This document shows positions 53,058 to 63,571 of a stretch of DNA of 64,000 nucleotides, piece after piece. A program made the position numbers and the translations under genes. The notes beneath the pieces were generated by a model that worked only from the letters and a program-made list of their open reading frames with translations, was not told the DNA's origin and did no database searches. Every line of letters starts with the position of its first letter. The first letter of the stretch is position 1. Source of the stretch: Bdellovibrionales bacterium (GTDB taxonomy: Bacteria; Bdellovibrionota; Bdellovibrionia; Bdellovibrionales; JAUICD01); assembly GCA_965262715.1 (NCBI GenBank), contig OZ253553.1, positions 416,001 through 480,000 of the forward strand, read 5' to 3'.

Positions 53058-53244
53058 ATACTTTTACCCTTAGCAAAATAGATTCACAAACTAATAAATA
53101 AGAATCTAATTTTTCAAATGTTTCTTATCTATCTAACTTCTAACTAATTGTTAATAAATTTTACTTTTATATTTTAATGATATTTAATTATACTTTTTTC
53201 CAGAAGCAAGTAAAAAAACTGCCCTTTATCCTATAAATCTAAGT

Positions 53245-54942
53245 TTAAGCTGATTTTTTGGATTTTAAATGTGATCGGTGAATAAATGTAACGGTACAAA
53301 CATAAAGCCAATGTAATAGCACAAAGCCTGAGACGTACTCGATCCCACCTCCTCCAAATCCATAAGAGTGCAAGCCAGCGCCTAATACAAAGTTGACTCC
53401 GTACCAGGCCATCAATACCAATGAGAAACAAATACCACTCCAAGCCAGAAACCCAAAGTTTCCAAGCCATCCAGACAGTCTGCCATGTATGACTGCAATA
53501 TACCCTAAAAGGGCAATCAAAGCCCATGTCTCTTTGGGGTCCCAGCCCCAAAATCGTCCCCATGAGTAATCAGCCCACACTCCACCTAAAATGGTTCCAG
53601 CAGCCAGTAAAACTACACCTACTTGTATGGCGTAGTAGGAGGCATTGATGAAAGATAAAATAAGAGCTTTTTTTGAAGAAGGAAGTTTTTGAATGTCTTT
53701 GAAAAACCATCCAAGTCCTATATTAGATAAGACAAATGAGAGGAAGAAAGCAGAGTAACCTAATGTTATGGTCATAACATGCACAATGAGCCAGAGATTG
53801 CTGCGTAAGACAGGGACAAGAGGTTGCAGTGAAGGATCTAAGATTGTAGGTGCCATGTCTGCTGTGATAAGACAGAGAGTTGCTACAATGCAGGCAGAGA
53901 AAATATAATAGATGCGTTTTTGTCGCCATTCAAAAAGCATTGCAAAAAAGACAGCTCCCCATGCGACCCAAATGACAGATTCATACATATTTGAAACAGG
54001 AGGGCGTTCTGTTAAGTAAACTCGCAAAGCAAAACCATAGGTATGTAATAAAAATGCGAAGGCTAAATTAACAAGGCCGATATATGTTCCCCACTTCCAG
54101 CCTAAAAGAGCAATGAGGAAAAAAATAGCACCGAATATATAAAACACCCAGGCCCACTTAAAAGGTGATAGAAAGTTATAATGAAGTTCGATGGAGATTT
54201 TATCAAGATTTGGGTACTGAGAGGGGTTTTCAGCTCTTGCTGCTTGTATAAAATCTTCTAAAGATTTTTCTAGTTCTAGAGAGTTATTATCTTGTATTCC
54301 TTGAATAAAGCTTTTTGCAACTCTCTCAAATCTTGATTTCCAGGTTTCATTGAAATGGGATAAGGGTACCCATGACTCTGTATTTTCCTGAGGGATAAGG
54401 GCAAGCGCTTGTCCCGATGTGATGGCTTGAAAAGTTTGTATTTGCGCTTCTAGTCTTTGAATGGATTGAAAATAAGGGCTTAATTTGACGCGATCTTTTC
54501 TTAAAGCTTCTAGTTCTTGAAAAATGAGGGTTAATCTAGGGCTAGCTGCGAGGGCTTTAAAAGAAAAATGTTTTTTTTGAGCATCTAATTTAAGATTTTG
54601 TTTGAGATCTAAGCGAGTAATTTCAATGATATCAACTTGGGACCAATGTGTAGGTAATAGAAGCCATGTAAAAATGACTTCAGAAGGTGATTTATTTTCG
54701 TAATGGGATCTTCCATAAATAAGTTGTAGAGATTCTTTTGCAAATGTGCCAAAAGGTTTAACGCGTCCCCCAGATTGAATAGGTAGGGCGTCTAATAAGG
54801 ATGACATGTCTGCCATTGCTAAGGTTTGGCAAAAAATAATTATTAGTGAAGTTATAAGCTTGAGTTTCATAAATTTCTGATCCTCATAAAAAATGCCATT
54901 ATCAGTTAGCTGGACTTTAGAATATGTCATAGCCTTAGCCAA
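53245..54942 (-). CDS. ccsA: Cytochrome c biogenesis protein CcsA (true start probably ATG at 54870)
   Basis: GRVKP, PVSNMYES, WWD motif [18 protein letters not shown] and GLHSY. Confidence 0.93.
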   Translation of the reverse strand: MAKAMTYSKVQLTDNGIFYEDQKFMKLKLITSLIIIFCQTLAMADMSSLLDALPIQSGGRVKPFGTFAKESLQLIYGRSHYENKSPSEVIFTWLLLPTHWSQVDIIEITRLDLKQNLKLDAQKKHFSFKALAASPRLTLIFQELEALRKDRVKLSPYFQSIQRLEAQIQTFQAITSGQALALIPQENTESWVPLSHFNETWKSRFERVAKSFIQGIQDNNSLELEKSLEDFIQAARAENPSQYPNLDKISIELHYNFLSPFKWAWVFYIFGAIFFLIALLGWKWGTYIGLVNLAFAFLLHTYGFALRVYLTERPPVSNMYESVIWVAWGAVFFAMLFEWRQKRIYYIFSACIVATLCLITADMAPTILDPSLQPLVPVLRSNLWLIVHVMTITLGYSAFFLSFVLSNIGLGWFFKDIQKLPSSKKALILSFINASYYAIQVGVVLLAAGTILGGVWADYSWGRFWGWDPKETWALIALLGYIAVIHGRLSGWLGNFGFLAWSGICFSLVLMAWYGVNFVLGAGLHSYGFGGGGIEYVSGFVLLHWLYVCTVTFIHRSHLKSKKSA

Positions 54943-55204
54943 TGCTTATTTTCAAGCAATTTTATATTTATTTTTTGAAGAAGTAGGACCAAGGTACTTA
55001 AGATCTTATAATTTCTTAAGAATCAAGATTAAATGCACTTAAAAATTCAAGTTAGAAAATATGATATACCGATAAATTTTTAAGTTTGGTTTATTATTAA
55101 GCCATTTAAAGTGTCACATAATTTAATGTGTAGCTCATTTTTTTGACTCATACCTAAACAAAGTCAGCTTGCGGGCACTTCACTTAGGCGGGAGGAGGAT
55201 TAAA

Positions 55205-55996
55205 GTGATATTAAAAAATCGATTTAAAGCAAAGAAAGCTTTACTTCTCATTTGCTCTCCCCTTTATATTATTTTTCTTCAAGGTTGTACAGATAACCTT
55301 AATAATAATAATACAGGATTTTTTGATTCTGGCAGTTGTCCTATTGAATCAGTTCCTGCTTTAACAGATAAATCTTTATGTATTAGCATAAATGATTGTC
55401 CGTTTCAATTTTGTTCAGCAGGTTCAGGTGGTGATTTTGAAGTTATTATAGGGCATCGAGATGGAGGTGTCAATCAGTTGCAATGTAATAGAAGATTAGT
55501 AAATTTATCTTTACATTCTTGTTCTTTTGGAGTTGGTAGTAGCAACAAAGCTAAGATTAAGTCTCTTGAGGTCGTGCGTGAAGATGATGGGACTAATAGG
55601 ATTCATCTGTCAATGGCAAAAGGGGCCATTATAGAGCCAGAAAAAGAAGATGATGGCGAAGGTGATGATAATAATGATAACAACAATGACACAGGCAATA
55701 AAAATGATAAAGGACTGCGTTTGGTGAGTTTTTATTCTTTAAGATGCGGTGGATATATCAATCAAAATTCTCTTTTAACATCAGGCTCGTTATATAAAGC
55801 GAGGCTAGATAAAGATAAAGGAAGTATGATCATTTCAGATAGTAACATTATATGTGGAAAGGTTGAGGAAGGAGCATCAGAAGCAACACTTGAATGTACT
55901 TACAATGCCAACTCAGGTTGTATTTTTACCCTCTCTTTATGGGGTTATGACTCTCGAAATAACTTTTCTAATCGTAAAACTATTGAAATTAGGTAA
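55205..55996 (+). CDS. Hypothetical Cys-rich lipoprotein
   Basis: GGAGG RBS before GTG at 55205; lipobox FLQGC. Confidence 0.65.
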   Translation: MILKNRFKAKKALLLICSPLYIIFLQGCTDNLNNNNTGFFDSGSCPIESVPALTDKSLCISINDCPFQFCSAGSGGDFEVIIGHRDGGVNQLQCNRRLVNLSLHSCSFGVGSSNKAKIKSLEVVREDDGTNRIHLSMAKGAIIEPEKEDDGEGDDNNDNNNDTGNKNDKGLRLVSFYSLRCGGYINQNSLLTSGSLYKARLDKDKGSMIISDSNIICGKVEEGASEATLECTYNANSGCIFTLSLWGYDSRNNFSNRKTIEIR

Positions 55997-56017
55997 AATC
56001 AGTGAGAGTTTGTATGG

Positions 56018-57370
56018 GTGAAAAAGCAATCCTCTTTTTATAGTCATAGCAATTCCTTTAAGGCAGCGATCTTAGGATCTCCTAATGTAGGTAAATCAAC
56101 TCTTTTTAATATTATGACAGATAGCAGGGATGCCTTAGTCAAAGACCAGCCGGGTGTGACTCGTGATATTCATATAGGCCAAGTTCATTGGGAGCATCAT
56201 CAATTTGAAGTGATAGATACAGGTGGTTTGACAGAGCAAAAGGATGATGGCTTTTCTATTTTAATCAAAAATAAAATACAAGAAGTGATTTCTTTTGTAG
56301 ATTGTTTGATCATTGTGATGGACGGAAGGGCTGGTTTATGCCCAGAGGACATTTTTGTAGTAGAGCTTGCAAGACAAGCAAATAAGCCTTTTTTGATTGT
56401 AGTGAATAAGATCGATAGTATTAAGAGTTGGGACTTAGTGCAAGTGGACTTTTGTCAATTAGGATGCCTTGTTTATCCATCTGCTTTTGAAAGAAGGATG
56501 GGTGTTTCAGAAGTTTTAGATTGGATTGTTTCTCATTTCTCTCCCTGTAAGTTAGGTGCCAAAAAGGCTTCATTTGTGATCAAGCCTGCTTTAGCACTTA
56601 TTGGCAAGCCTAATGTGGGGAAAAGTTCTCTCTGTAATCGGTTGCATGCTTTAGAGCGTATGTTAGTGACAGAAAAACCTGGCACAACAACAGATAGTAT
56701 ACAGAGCCTCATAGAATATAAAGGAAAATCTTATACTTTAATTGATACAGCAGGGATGAGAAGGAAGTCTAAGCAAGCAAAAGAAGGCTTAGAGGTCTTA
56801 GCAAGTTATAAAACAAAACATTCTATGGGCTTCGCAGATATAAATTTATTGCTCATTGATGGTCTTCAAGGACCTAGTCATCAAGATGCTAAGTTGGTTG
56901 ATGAGTCTTTAAAGTTGCAAAAACCTGTTATATTACTCGTGAACAAGACAGATTTAGGGCAAAATGGATTTCGTAAAAAATTAAGGGAGCAGATCAAAGA
57001 TTGCTTTCATTTTATCACTGATATACCCATTGTGTTTATCAGTGCAAAAACAGGGTTAGGCTTAGATGCTCTTTTTGTCAAGATAGAAGAGATATGGAAA
57101 AAGCTGCACTTTCACATTCCAACCTCTCAATTAAATAAATTTTTTACAAATACTATAACTCAAGCTCCTTCACCTTTTGTGGGGTCCAAGCCTGTTAAGT
57201 TTTATTATTTAACACAGACAAAACAGGTACCTCCTAGTTTTATTGCTTTTATGAATGAGCCTAAGGGACTTACTACTTCTTATGAAAGATTTCTTATACG
57301 TAAGATCAAGCAGGAATGGTCTTTGTTCGAGATTCCTATTCGTATTTTTCCTCTTAAAAAGGGATCTTAA
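56018..57370 (+). CDS. der: Ribosome biogenesis GTPase Der (EngA)
   Basis: Two GTPase domains (GSPNVGKS/DTGG/NKID and GKPNVGKS/DTAG/NKTD) plus a KH-like C-terminus. Confidence 0.96.
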   Translation: MKKQSSFYSHSNSFKAAILGSPNVGKSTLFNIMTDSRDALVKDQPGVTRDIHIGQVHWEHHQFEVIDTGGLTEQKDDGFSILIKNKIQEVISFVDCLIIVMDGRAGLCPEDIFVVELARQANKPFLIVVNKIDSIKSWDLVQVDFCQLGCLVYPSAFERRMGVSEVLDWIVSHFSPCKLGAKKASFVIKPALALIGKPNVGKSSLCNRLHALERMLVTEKPGTTTDSIQSLIEYKGKSYTLIDTAGMRRKSKQAKEGLEVLASYKTKHSMGFADINLLLIDGLQGPSHQDAKLVDESLKLQKPVILLVNKTDLGQNGFRKKLREQIKDCFHFITDIPIVFISAKTGLGLDALFVKIEEIWKKLHFHIPTSQLNKFFTNTITQAPSPFVGSKPVKFYYLTQTKQVPPSFIAFMNEPKGLTTSYERFLIRKIKQEWSLFEIPIRIFPLKKGS

Positions 57371-58173
57371 AAATTGACACCAAGGATGCCAATCCCTTTA
57401 AAGACATGAGTTGGACTACGAAGGTTAAATTGCTCTCCACCTAGACCTATAGTAGGGAATTTAACAAATTGATATTGTACTTCAAGTCCAAAAAAAATCT
57501 TATTGAGTGTGAGTGGAAACTCTATACCTATTCCTCCATGAAACCCAAAGATTCTTTTAAGATCAGCAACAGTACCTTCATTTCTAAATTTTATCCTTCG
57601 GGTGATGCTGCTTCCTCCAATCATGAAATAAGGATTGAAAGAGGCTAGGCCTTCTGTGATGTTTTGAGTATTTAGGTAATATTTTAAGTCGAAACCTATT
57701 TGTGAAAGCAACATTTCACTTACAAAACGTTCTCTGTTTGGATCGTTTATTTCTACCTCCAAGCTTCTAAAAGGGTGTATACCTGTGGTGTAGTGAAATT
57801 GTATGGCAATTCTCATGTTGAAGAAGAAAGAGAAAAAGCCTCCTATTATAAATCCTTGCCTTGTATGTTGCCCCAACTTCTGTGTGAGCATTCTCATGCC
57901 TCCTAATAATCCTATAGATAGCAAACGTCCATGTTTGAAAAAGTAAATATCAGCTTCTTCTGTAGTAGTATCTTGAAACTCTGAATAATCTGTAAAAGGA
58001 TCATAGGTATCACTTGGATCTGAGTATTGTTGTTGTGCTAAATAAGTGTCCTTTTGTTCAAAGGAGAGGGTGTTTTCAGAGGCATTTGCGAAAGGGATCG
58101 CTAAAAAAGATAAAAAAGCGATAAAATAGCTTTTTTGTATAATAATGAGATAAAATCGATGGTTAAATAGCAC
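57367..58173 (-). CDS. Outer-membrane beta-barrel protein
   Basis: Signal peptide, alternating beta strands and C-terminal Phe (ILGVNF). Confidence 0.7.
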   Translation of the reverse strand: MLFNHRFYLIIIQKSYFIAFLSFLAIPFANASENTLSFEQKDTYLAQQQYSDPSDTYDPFTDYSEFQDTTTEEADIYFFKHGRLLSIGLLGGMRMLTQKLGQHTRQGFIIGGFFSFFFNMRIAIQFHYTTGIHPFRSLEVEINDPNRERFVSEMLLSQIGFDLKYYLNTQNITEGLASFNPYFMIGGSSITRRIKFRNEGTVADLKRIFGFHGGIGIEFPLTLNKIFFGLEVQYQFVKFPTIGLGGEQFNLRSPTHVFKGIGILGVNF

Positions 58174-58446
58174 TTTCTTCTCTTTAATTATTTATTTTGT
58201 TAAGTTTAAGTTCTCATATTTCAATTCATAAAGGTGTATAGGTTTTATAATATAGACCTGCTTATATATCTTTCGTCATTTTAACTGTGATATTTAATAT
58301 TTTAGTTATAAAATGAATCAATTGATAAAAGATAGAGAGATATACTTTGCTAGATAACGCCTTTATTATTAGATCAAATGATTTGTTTTTAGCTATTTAC
58401 TTGTTATAGTTGTTGTAAGTCAATTCTCGTGTTGTGAATCAGGGGG

Positions 58447-60695
58447 ATGCTATTAACAGTGGGACGTCTTGAGATATTTCATGTTATTCTGTTGTTATGC
58501 TTATTCTTTACAAGCTCAGCTTTGTTAGCCCGTCAATATGAGACAAATTCATTGATTTTTTTAGATAGAGATATTTTATCCAGTGATGATATATTAAGCT
58601 GTTCTACTCAACAGGATATGCAAAATATTTTATCGCAGAGTCAGAATTTAAGTTCATCAAATAGCTTAATAAATGATCGGCGAGCGAATGTAAAAGCAAA
58701 TTGGTTAGCGGATGACCTACTTGGATTTCCTTTAACAAGGTTAAATCAATCAATAATCATTCGTGGGGTTGTAACTCATTTGCCAGATAATGGTGAGACT
58801 CCCTTAGATCGCATGAATCGAAAAAATGTGCTTGCAGGATATAGGTAAGCAATATAACAAATAGAGTACAAGCTAGAGTTACTTCTGATGATGAGAGTTG
58901 TTTTTTAACTTTAGTTTATTGTAACCAAGGAGGTGATTGCCTTAATGAAGAGGGTCGGCTTAATATCTATACGCAATTTCCTATTTTAGGTTTCTCTAAA
59001 AAGCATCAGGTTATAATAATTGACCCTTCTTTGTTTGGTAGATATTTGAGTGATCAAATAACTAGTTTTCCTATAAGGCATCCTCTTATTAATGAACCAC
59101 AGTTTATATCTAAAGTTCTTACAGGGGATTCTCAATCCTCTATTGTAGATTTTTCTCAAGAAACTTTGATTTTTGATGTCACATCGACAATTAACTGGTC
59201 GAAAGTACATTTTGAAGAGGATGGATTAATATTTAGAGATGATTTTAGGGAAGGCATTTCTGATGAATATCTTTCAGAGATAACTTCTCGTTGGGCTATA
59301 AAATTTAATAAAGATGTAACAGAAAACAACTTTATTACCAGAGTTCCAATAGATGGAATTGAGACCATAAATGTATATTCAACTTTATATGGTAAACCTG
59401 TTATTCAGAAGTGGAGGCTTGTTGATGATAGTGGCAACCCTCGTTTTATAAATTATTATGTAAAAAATGTACCTGAAATGTGGCAAAGTTCTTTTCGAGA
59501 AGGTTTTGAATATTGGAATTCTATTTCTATGGAACTTAGAGGAAGTCCTATTTTTACTTACAAATTTATTCAAGGCGACTATGATGGTCAGCAGGAAGTT
59601 ATCACAGGAGATATAAGGTTTAATGTATTGGAATGGGACACTCAGTACAAACAGAGATATTTAGGTACAGCATCTGGTTCCTATGACAACGCAGGAGAGG
59701 TTTTACACTCAAGTATTTTGGTACAGGGGCCTCGATTGGTGGATGAGTATCAAAGATGGTTTCGATACAGTCAAATGATCAGGTCAGGTGAGCCTATAGA
59801 AGATATACCCTTGTCTGCAAATCGTTTTGAAAGAGATATGATGAAAATAGTCTCTCAAGTGAATTTACAAGACCAGAGAAAAACTCACTTGCAAGTCTTA
59901 CAGCTAGCTCCGGCAAGTGAAACCTTTGAAGATTATATGTCAGGATTTTTTAGACTCTTAGTTGCTCATGAATTAGGACATCCATTAGGGCTTGGTCACT
60001 ATTATATGGCTAACATTTACGCGCAAGATGGCTATGTCGGCAATTCTGTTATGGACCTTGCAGGAAGAGTTGATGGATATAAACTAAGTTCAAGACATTA
60101 TGACCGAAAGGCCATTGCCTATATCTATCTAGGTATATTACCTGATTTTAATCAAAAAGTTGTATCTTGTTCAAGAAGAAATTTAATCACACTTGATCGT
60201 ATTGATAAAAATATGTTTCCAGAATGTTCTGATATAGATGCCACTAACAATCCTCTTGAAAGTTTTGCGCGAGAATTGCAAGAAACTTTTGATTTATTAA
60301 CGGAAAGGAGAAATATTCAAGCGAATCCTTATCTTATCTGGAATGATCAAGTTGAAATATATATTAGAAGTCGTATTTTAGGCATTATGTCTTATTATGT
60401 TTCAGCAGATTTTAGTTATGATAAGGTTCAAAGTGTTTTAATAGAAGGTCGCAGTCCAGTAAGTCCTCAAGAACTTAAGCAGGTTGTTTTAGAAAAATAT
60501 ATCACACCTATAGTTTGTCAAGCCAGTAGTATGATGATAAAAAATAGTTTTCAAAACCAAGATCATCCTCAAACTTTTTCTGATAGGCTTATTCAAACAA
60601 ATTCTACTCATTTTCAGAGGATTGTCAGGTCCGGCGCACTTCCCTATTTAGATGAATCGCTACAATGTCCAAGTGTAGAGATAACAACACATTAG
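58447..60695 (+). pseudogene. Secreted metzincin-type Zn metalloprotease split by a frameshift near 58840
   Basis: Signal peptide in 58447..58848; the second frame is open from ~58844 to 60695 with HELGHPLGLGH and Met-turn NSVMD. Confidence 0.75.
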
Positions 60696-60742
60696 AAAAG
60701 CAGTTCTTTATACCTTTTTACCATCCGTGCATGGGCGCAGTT

Positions 60743-60891
60743 GTTTCCCTAAAAATGCTCTGGCCTCTGGCCACTTTTTGACAACCAGCCTGACTAGCTC
60801 TCGCTGTCAGGCAAATAGCTGGTTGTCTAAAAAGATTGAGCATTTTCAAGAGGGAGAATCCTCTTATTTTTTTTAAACGATGTTAAGAAAA
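60743..60891 (-). repeat. Family 1 structured element on the minus strand, flanked by 13-bp CCGTGCATGGGCG repeats
   Basis: Reverse complement: ttcttaacat..gaggattctccct-CTTGAAAATGCTC..ctttttaGACAACCAG..agcGAGAgct..CTGGTTGTCaaaaag-TGGCCagaGGCCA-GAGCATTTTTAGG-gaaac. Confidence 0.8.
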
Positions 60892-60955
60892 TGAGAGCTT
60901 TCTATTGCCCGTGCATGGGCGTAACAACTAACTTTAGAAATATCCATAACTTATT

Positions 60956-61462
60956 TTATAATGGAGAAAGCTCCATGATGTTGAACTCGTTTTCAATTAT
61001 ATTAGAATAATTATCTTTATTTTCCCCTACAAATTCAGAACTGGATGCCATTTGAGAGGCTAAGCTTATTATTTTAGCTCCAATAGTTTCAAAAGTATCT
61101 TCACTGGATATTAATGGTAAATGCTCAGCAAACAAAATTACTATGTCTTTTTTATTTACATCTGAATGGGTATATATTTTATGCCAGATTCCTGCATAAA
61201 CTTTAAAGCCCATAACATGCCTATTCCCTGGAAGTCCATAGTCCCCACAATTTTCAAAAACTTGTTTAGCAGTATCCTCACCATCATCGCAAGGATAATT
61301 GCTAAACTTTTTACTAAAAGGATGTATATATAGGTCTTTATCGGGACTAATGAGATAAGCATGAAATTCAGCTTGGCCTTCATTAATAGCAGCAATACAA
61401 CCTTTATATGTATTACAACATATACTCTCAGACAAAACTCTTTTACATTCTTTTTGTGTAGA
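60956..61462 (-). pseudogene. 3' portion of a hypothetical gene cut by IS1634
   Basis: The frame is open up to the IS end at 61463; part of it is duplicated beyond the IS. Confidence 0.6.
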
Positions 61463-63418
61463 CCTGAGTTTGACAGTTGCGAAAATAAAGTTAAGTTATT
61501 TTAGTTAGTTACAGTGGATGTGTGATTTTGTACCACTACATTTTGATTTTGTGGTAGAGATTTAAGAGATTGTTTGTAGGTCTAAGTAGATTCTACTTTA
61601 AGTTGTTTTGATGGGATCTTTGCTCCAATAGCTTTAAATACATCAGCATTGTTACCGTTAATATCTGTTCTGATCCAAAGTGTCTTATCCTTTACCCTCA
61701 CAGGTATAGCTCGTACTTCTTTCAGCTTTGACATAGCTTCTGCCACACTCAATGGCCTTGACTTTATTCTCTTGTCTGTAATTGCTTTATCTTTTAATGT
61801 GATGTTTCTCTGATGTAACTTCTTTGAAAAATAAGCCTCACATAAGTAAGATAAAAAACACACAACTAAATGTCCTAAGATCCTCTTATCTGTCCAGTGG
61901 AACATAGGACGTGTCTTTAATGTACCTTTCAATTCTCTAAATGAATTCTCTACCTTCCATAATTGCTTATAGTTCGTTATAATCTCTTCAGAACTTAAAC
62001 TATCTGTATTTGTAATGATTCCAAAAAAACCATCTGTCCTCTCTGATTGTTCTATGGCTGACTTATTTAAAGTAGGCTTGCCTTTACTCTTAGGATGAAT
62101 AATATACTTCTTATAATTGCTATTAGATACAAAATCCTTTGTGCTTGATGACGATTTTGAAAGCTTATCTTCTAACTTAGATAGAATATCTTCTCTTACT
62201 TTCTTATCTCGTTCTGCTCTCTTTCTTGACCAGGTAATTATACAACGATTATCATTATAACTCGTCTCGTATATAGCTAAATTTTCATTTATAAATTTAA
62301 AATTCTTTAAATTGTATATCTCTGCATGACGATCCTTTAATAAACCTAGCTTTAATCCTACTATAAATTCATCTCCCTTTGCTTTTACAGATTGTAAATT
62401 CTCATTAGAAAATAAACCTCTATCTCCTACTAATATAAATCTTCTGATCTTAAACTTCTTTTTTAGTTTCTCCATAACTGAAGGTATGGTTTTACCTTCA
62501 AAGGTATTTCCAGGATAAACATCAAAGCCTAAGGGCATACCTTCTCTATCTACTAAAAGTCCAAATACCACCTGGGTACAATCACTCCTCTTCTCTTTGC
62601 TATAACCAAATCTTCGAAGATTATCTAAATCCTCTCGGGTACTCTCAAATCTCAATGTCGTTAAATCATACAAAATAACATCACACTCATTGAAAAAACT
62701 TAACTGAGACTTACCTTGTGTATAAAGAGTCTTCTCTATATCTTCCTTATGCTTACTTAGAATATCTAAAGAACGATAAATGTCTTGAAGATGAAGCTCC
62801 TCTTCTAAAAAATCAGGGTAAAATAACTTCTGCCAGTGTGAAAATACTTTAAGCTTAGAACATGGCTCTACAAAACGGCTTATAACCAATGTAAAAATAA
62901 TCTTAACAAAATCAAATTGTACTTTAGGGTGCTTTTGTTTTAAATCTGTTAATAATTCATAGAGATTTAATTGTTTGAAAATAGCATCTATTATAAGTAA
63001 GGGACCTAATATAAAAGTGTCTTTAACATCAATCTCTTTTAATAACTTACTAGCAGGAATTATCTCTAACTCTTTAGATAATACTTCTAGAAGCTTCTTC
63101 AAGTTAACTTCCTTATCCGCGGCTTTACCTAAAGACATTAGAATCCTTTGCTTCACTTGAGAACCTAATCTGTAGCTCTCAACAAGATGATAATATATGT
63201 CTCCTCTCGGATTTCTTGTAGACCTTATGAACATAAAAATACATTACAAGAAAAATATAAAAAATAAAAGAAAATAAGGTATATGACGCGTAGTGTATGA
63301 TAAATAAGTACACTACACTTTTTGACCAAAATACAAACACAATAACCGCTAATGACTATAAATACAACATTCCTTGAAAAAAATATCACGAAAATTCAAA
63401 TTAAGTGTCAAACTCAGG
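61463..63418 (-). mobile_element. IS1634-family insertion sequence (second, distinct element)
   Basis: Terminal inverted repeats CCTGAGTTTGACA/TGTCAAACTCAGG; flank 61136-61288 is repeated at 63419-63571. Confidence 0.92.
61582..63234 (-). CDS. IS1634-family transposase
   Basis: Motifs YDLTTLRFES, GYSKEKRSD, GDRG and WKVENSFRELKGTLKTRPMFHW. Confidence 0.95.
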   Translation of the reverse strand: MFIRSTRNPRGDIYYHLVESYRLGSQVKQRILMSLGKAADKEVNLKKLLEVLSKELEIIPASKLLKEIDVKDTFILGPLLIIDAIFKQLNLYELLTDLKQKHPKVQFDFVKIIFTLVISRFVEPCSKLKVFSHWQKLFYPDFLEEELHLQDIYRSLDILSKHKEDIEKTLYTQGKSQLSFFNECDVILYDLTTLRFESTREDLDNLRRFGYSKEKRSDCTQVVFGLLVDREGMPLGFDVYPGNTFEGKTIPSVMEKLKKKFKIRRFILVGDRGLFSNENLQSVKAKGDEFIVGLKLGLLKDRHAEIYNLKNFKFINENLAIYETSYNDNRCIITWSRKRAERDKKVREDILSKLEDKLSKSSSSTKDFVSNSNYKKYIIHPKSKGKPTLNKSAIEQSERTDGFFGIITNTDSLSSEEIITNYKQLWKVENSFRELKGTLKTRPMFHWTDKRILGHLVVCFLSYLCEAYFSKKLHQRNITLKDKAITDKRIKSRPLSVAEAMSKLKEVRAIPVRVKDKTLWIRTDINGNNADVFKAIGAKIPSKQLKVEST

Positions 63419-63571
63419 AATTACTATGTCTTTTTTATTTACATCTGAATGGGTATATATTTTATGCCAGATTCCTGCATAAACTTTAAAGCCCATAACA
63501 TGCCTATTCCCTGGAAGTCCATAGTCCCCACAATTTTCAAAAACTTGTTTAGCAGTATCCTCACCATCATC

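Larger units (their letters stand above)
37681..53244. other. Defence island: DNA phosphorothioation dndBCDEA plus pbeABCD-like module and accessory ParB-like and nuclease genes
   Basis: Gene content and duplicated flanking gene ends; no integrase seen. Confidence 0.85.

Noticed and set aside
37681..53244. Integrative element or prophage
   Set aside because: No integrase, tRNA att site, or phage/conjugation genes.
3991..63160. Many short ORFs nested in or antisense to long genes (e.g. 9907..10299, 18188..18499, 29482..29871, 51338..51676, 53231..53563)
   Set aside because: They overlap well-supported CDSs and show no recognisable motifs.
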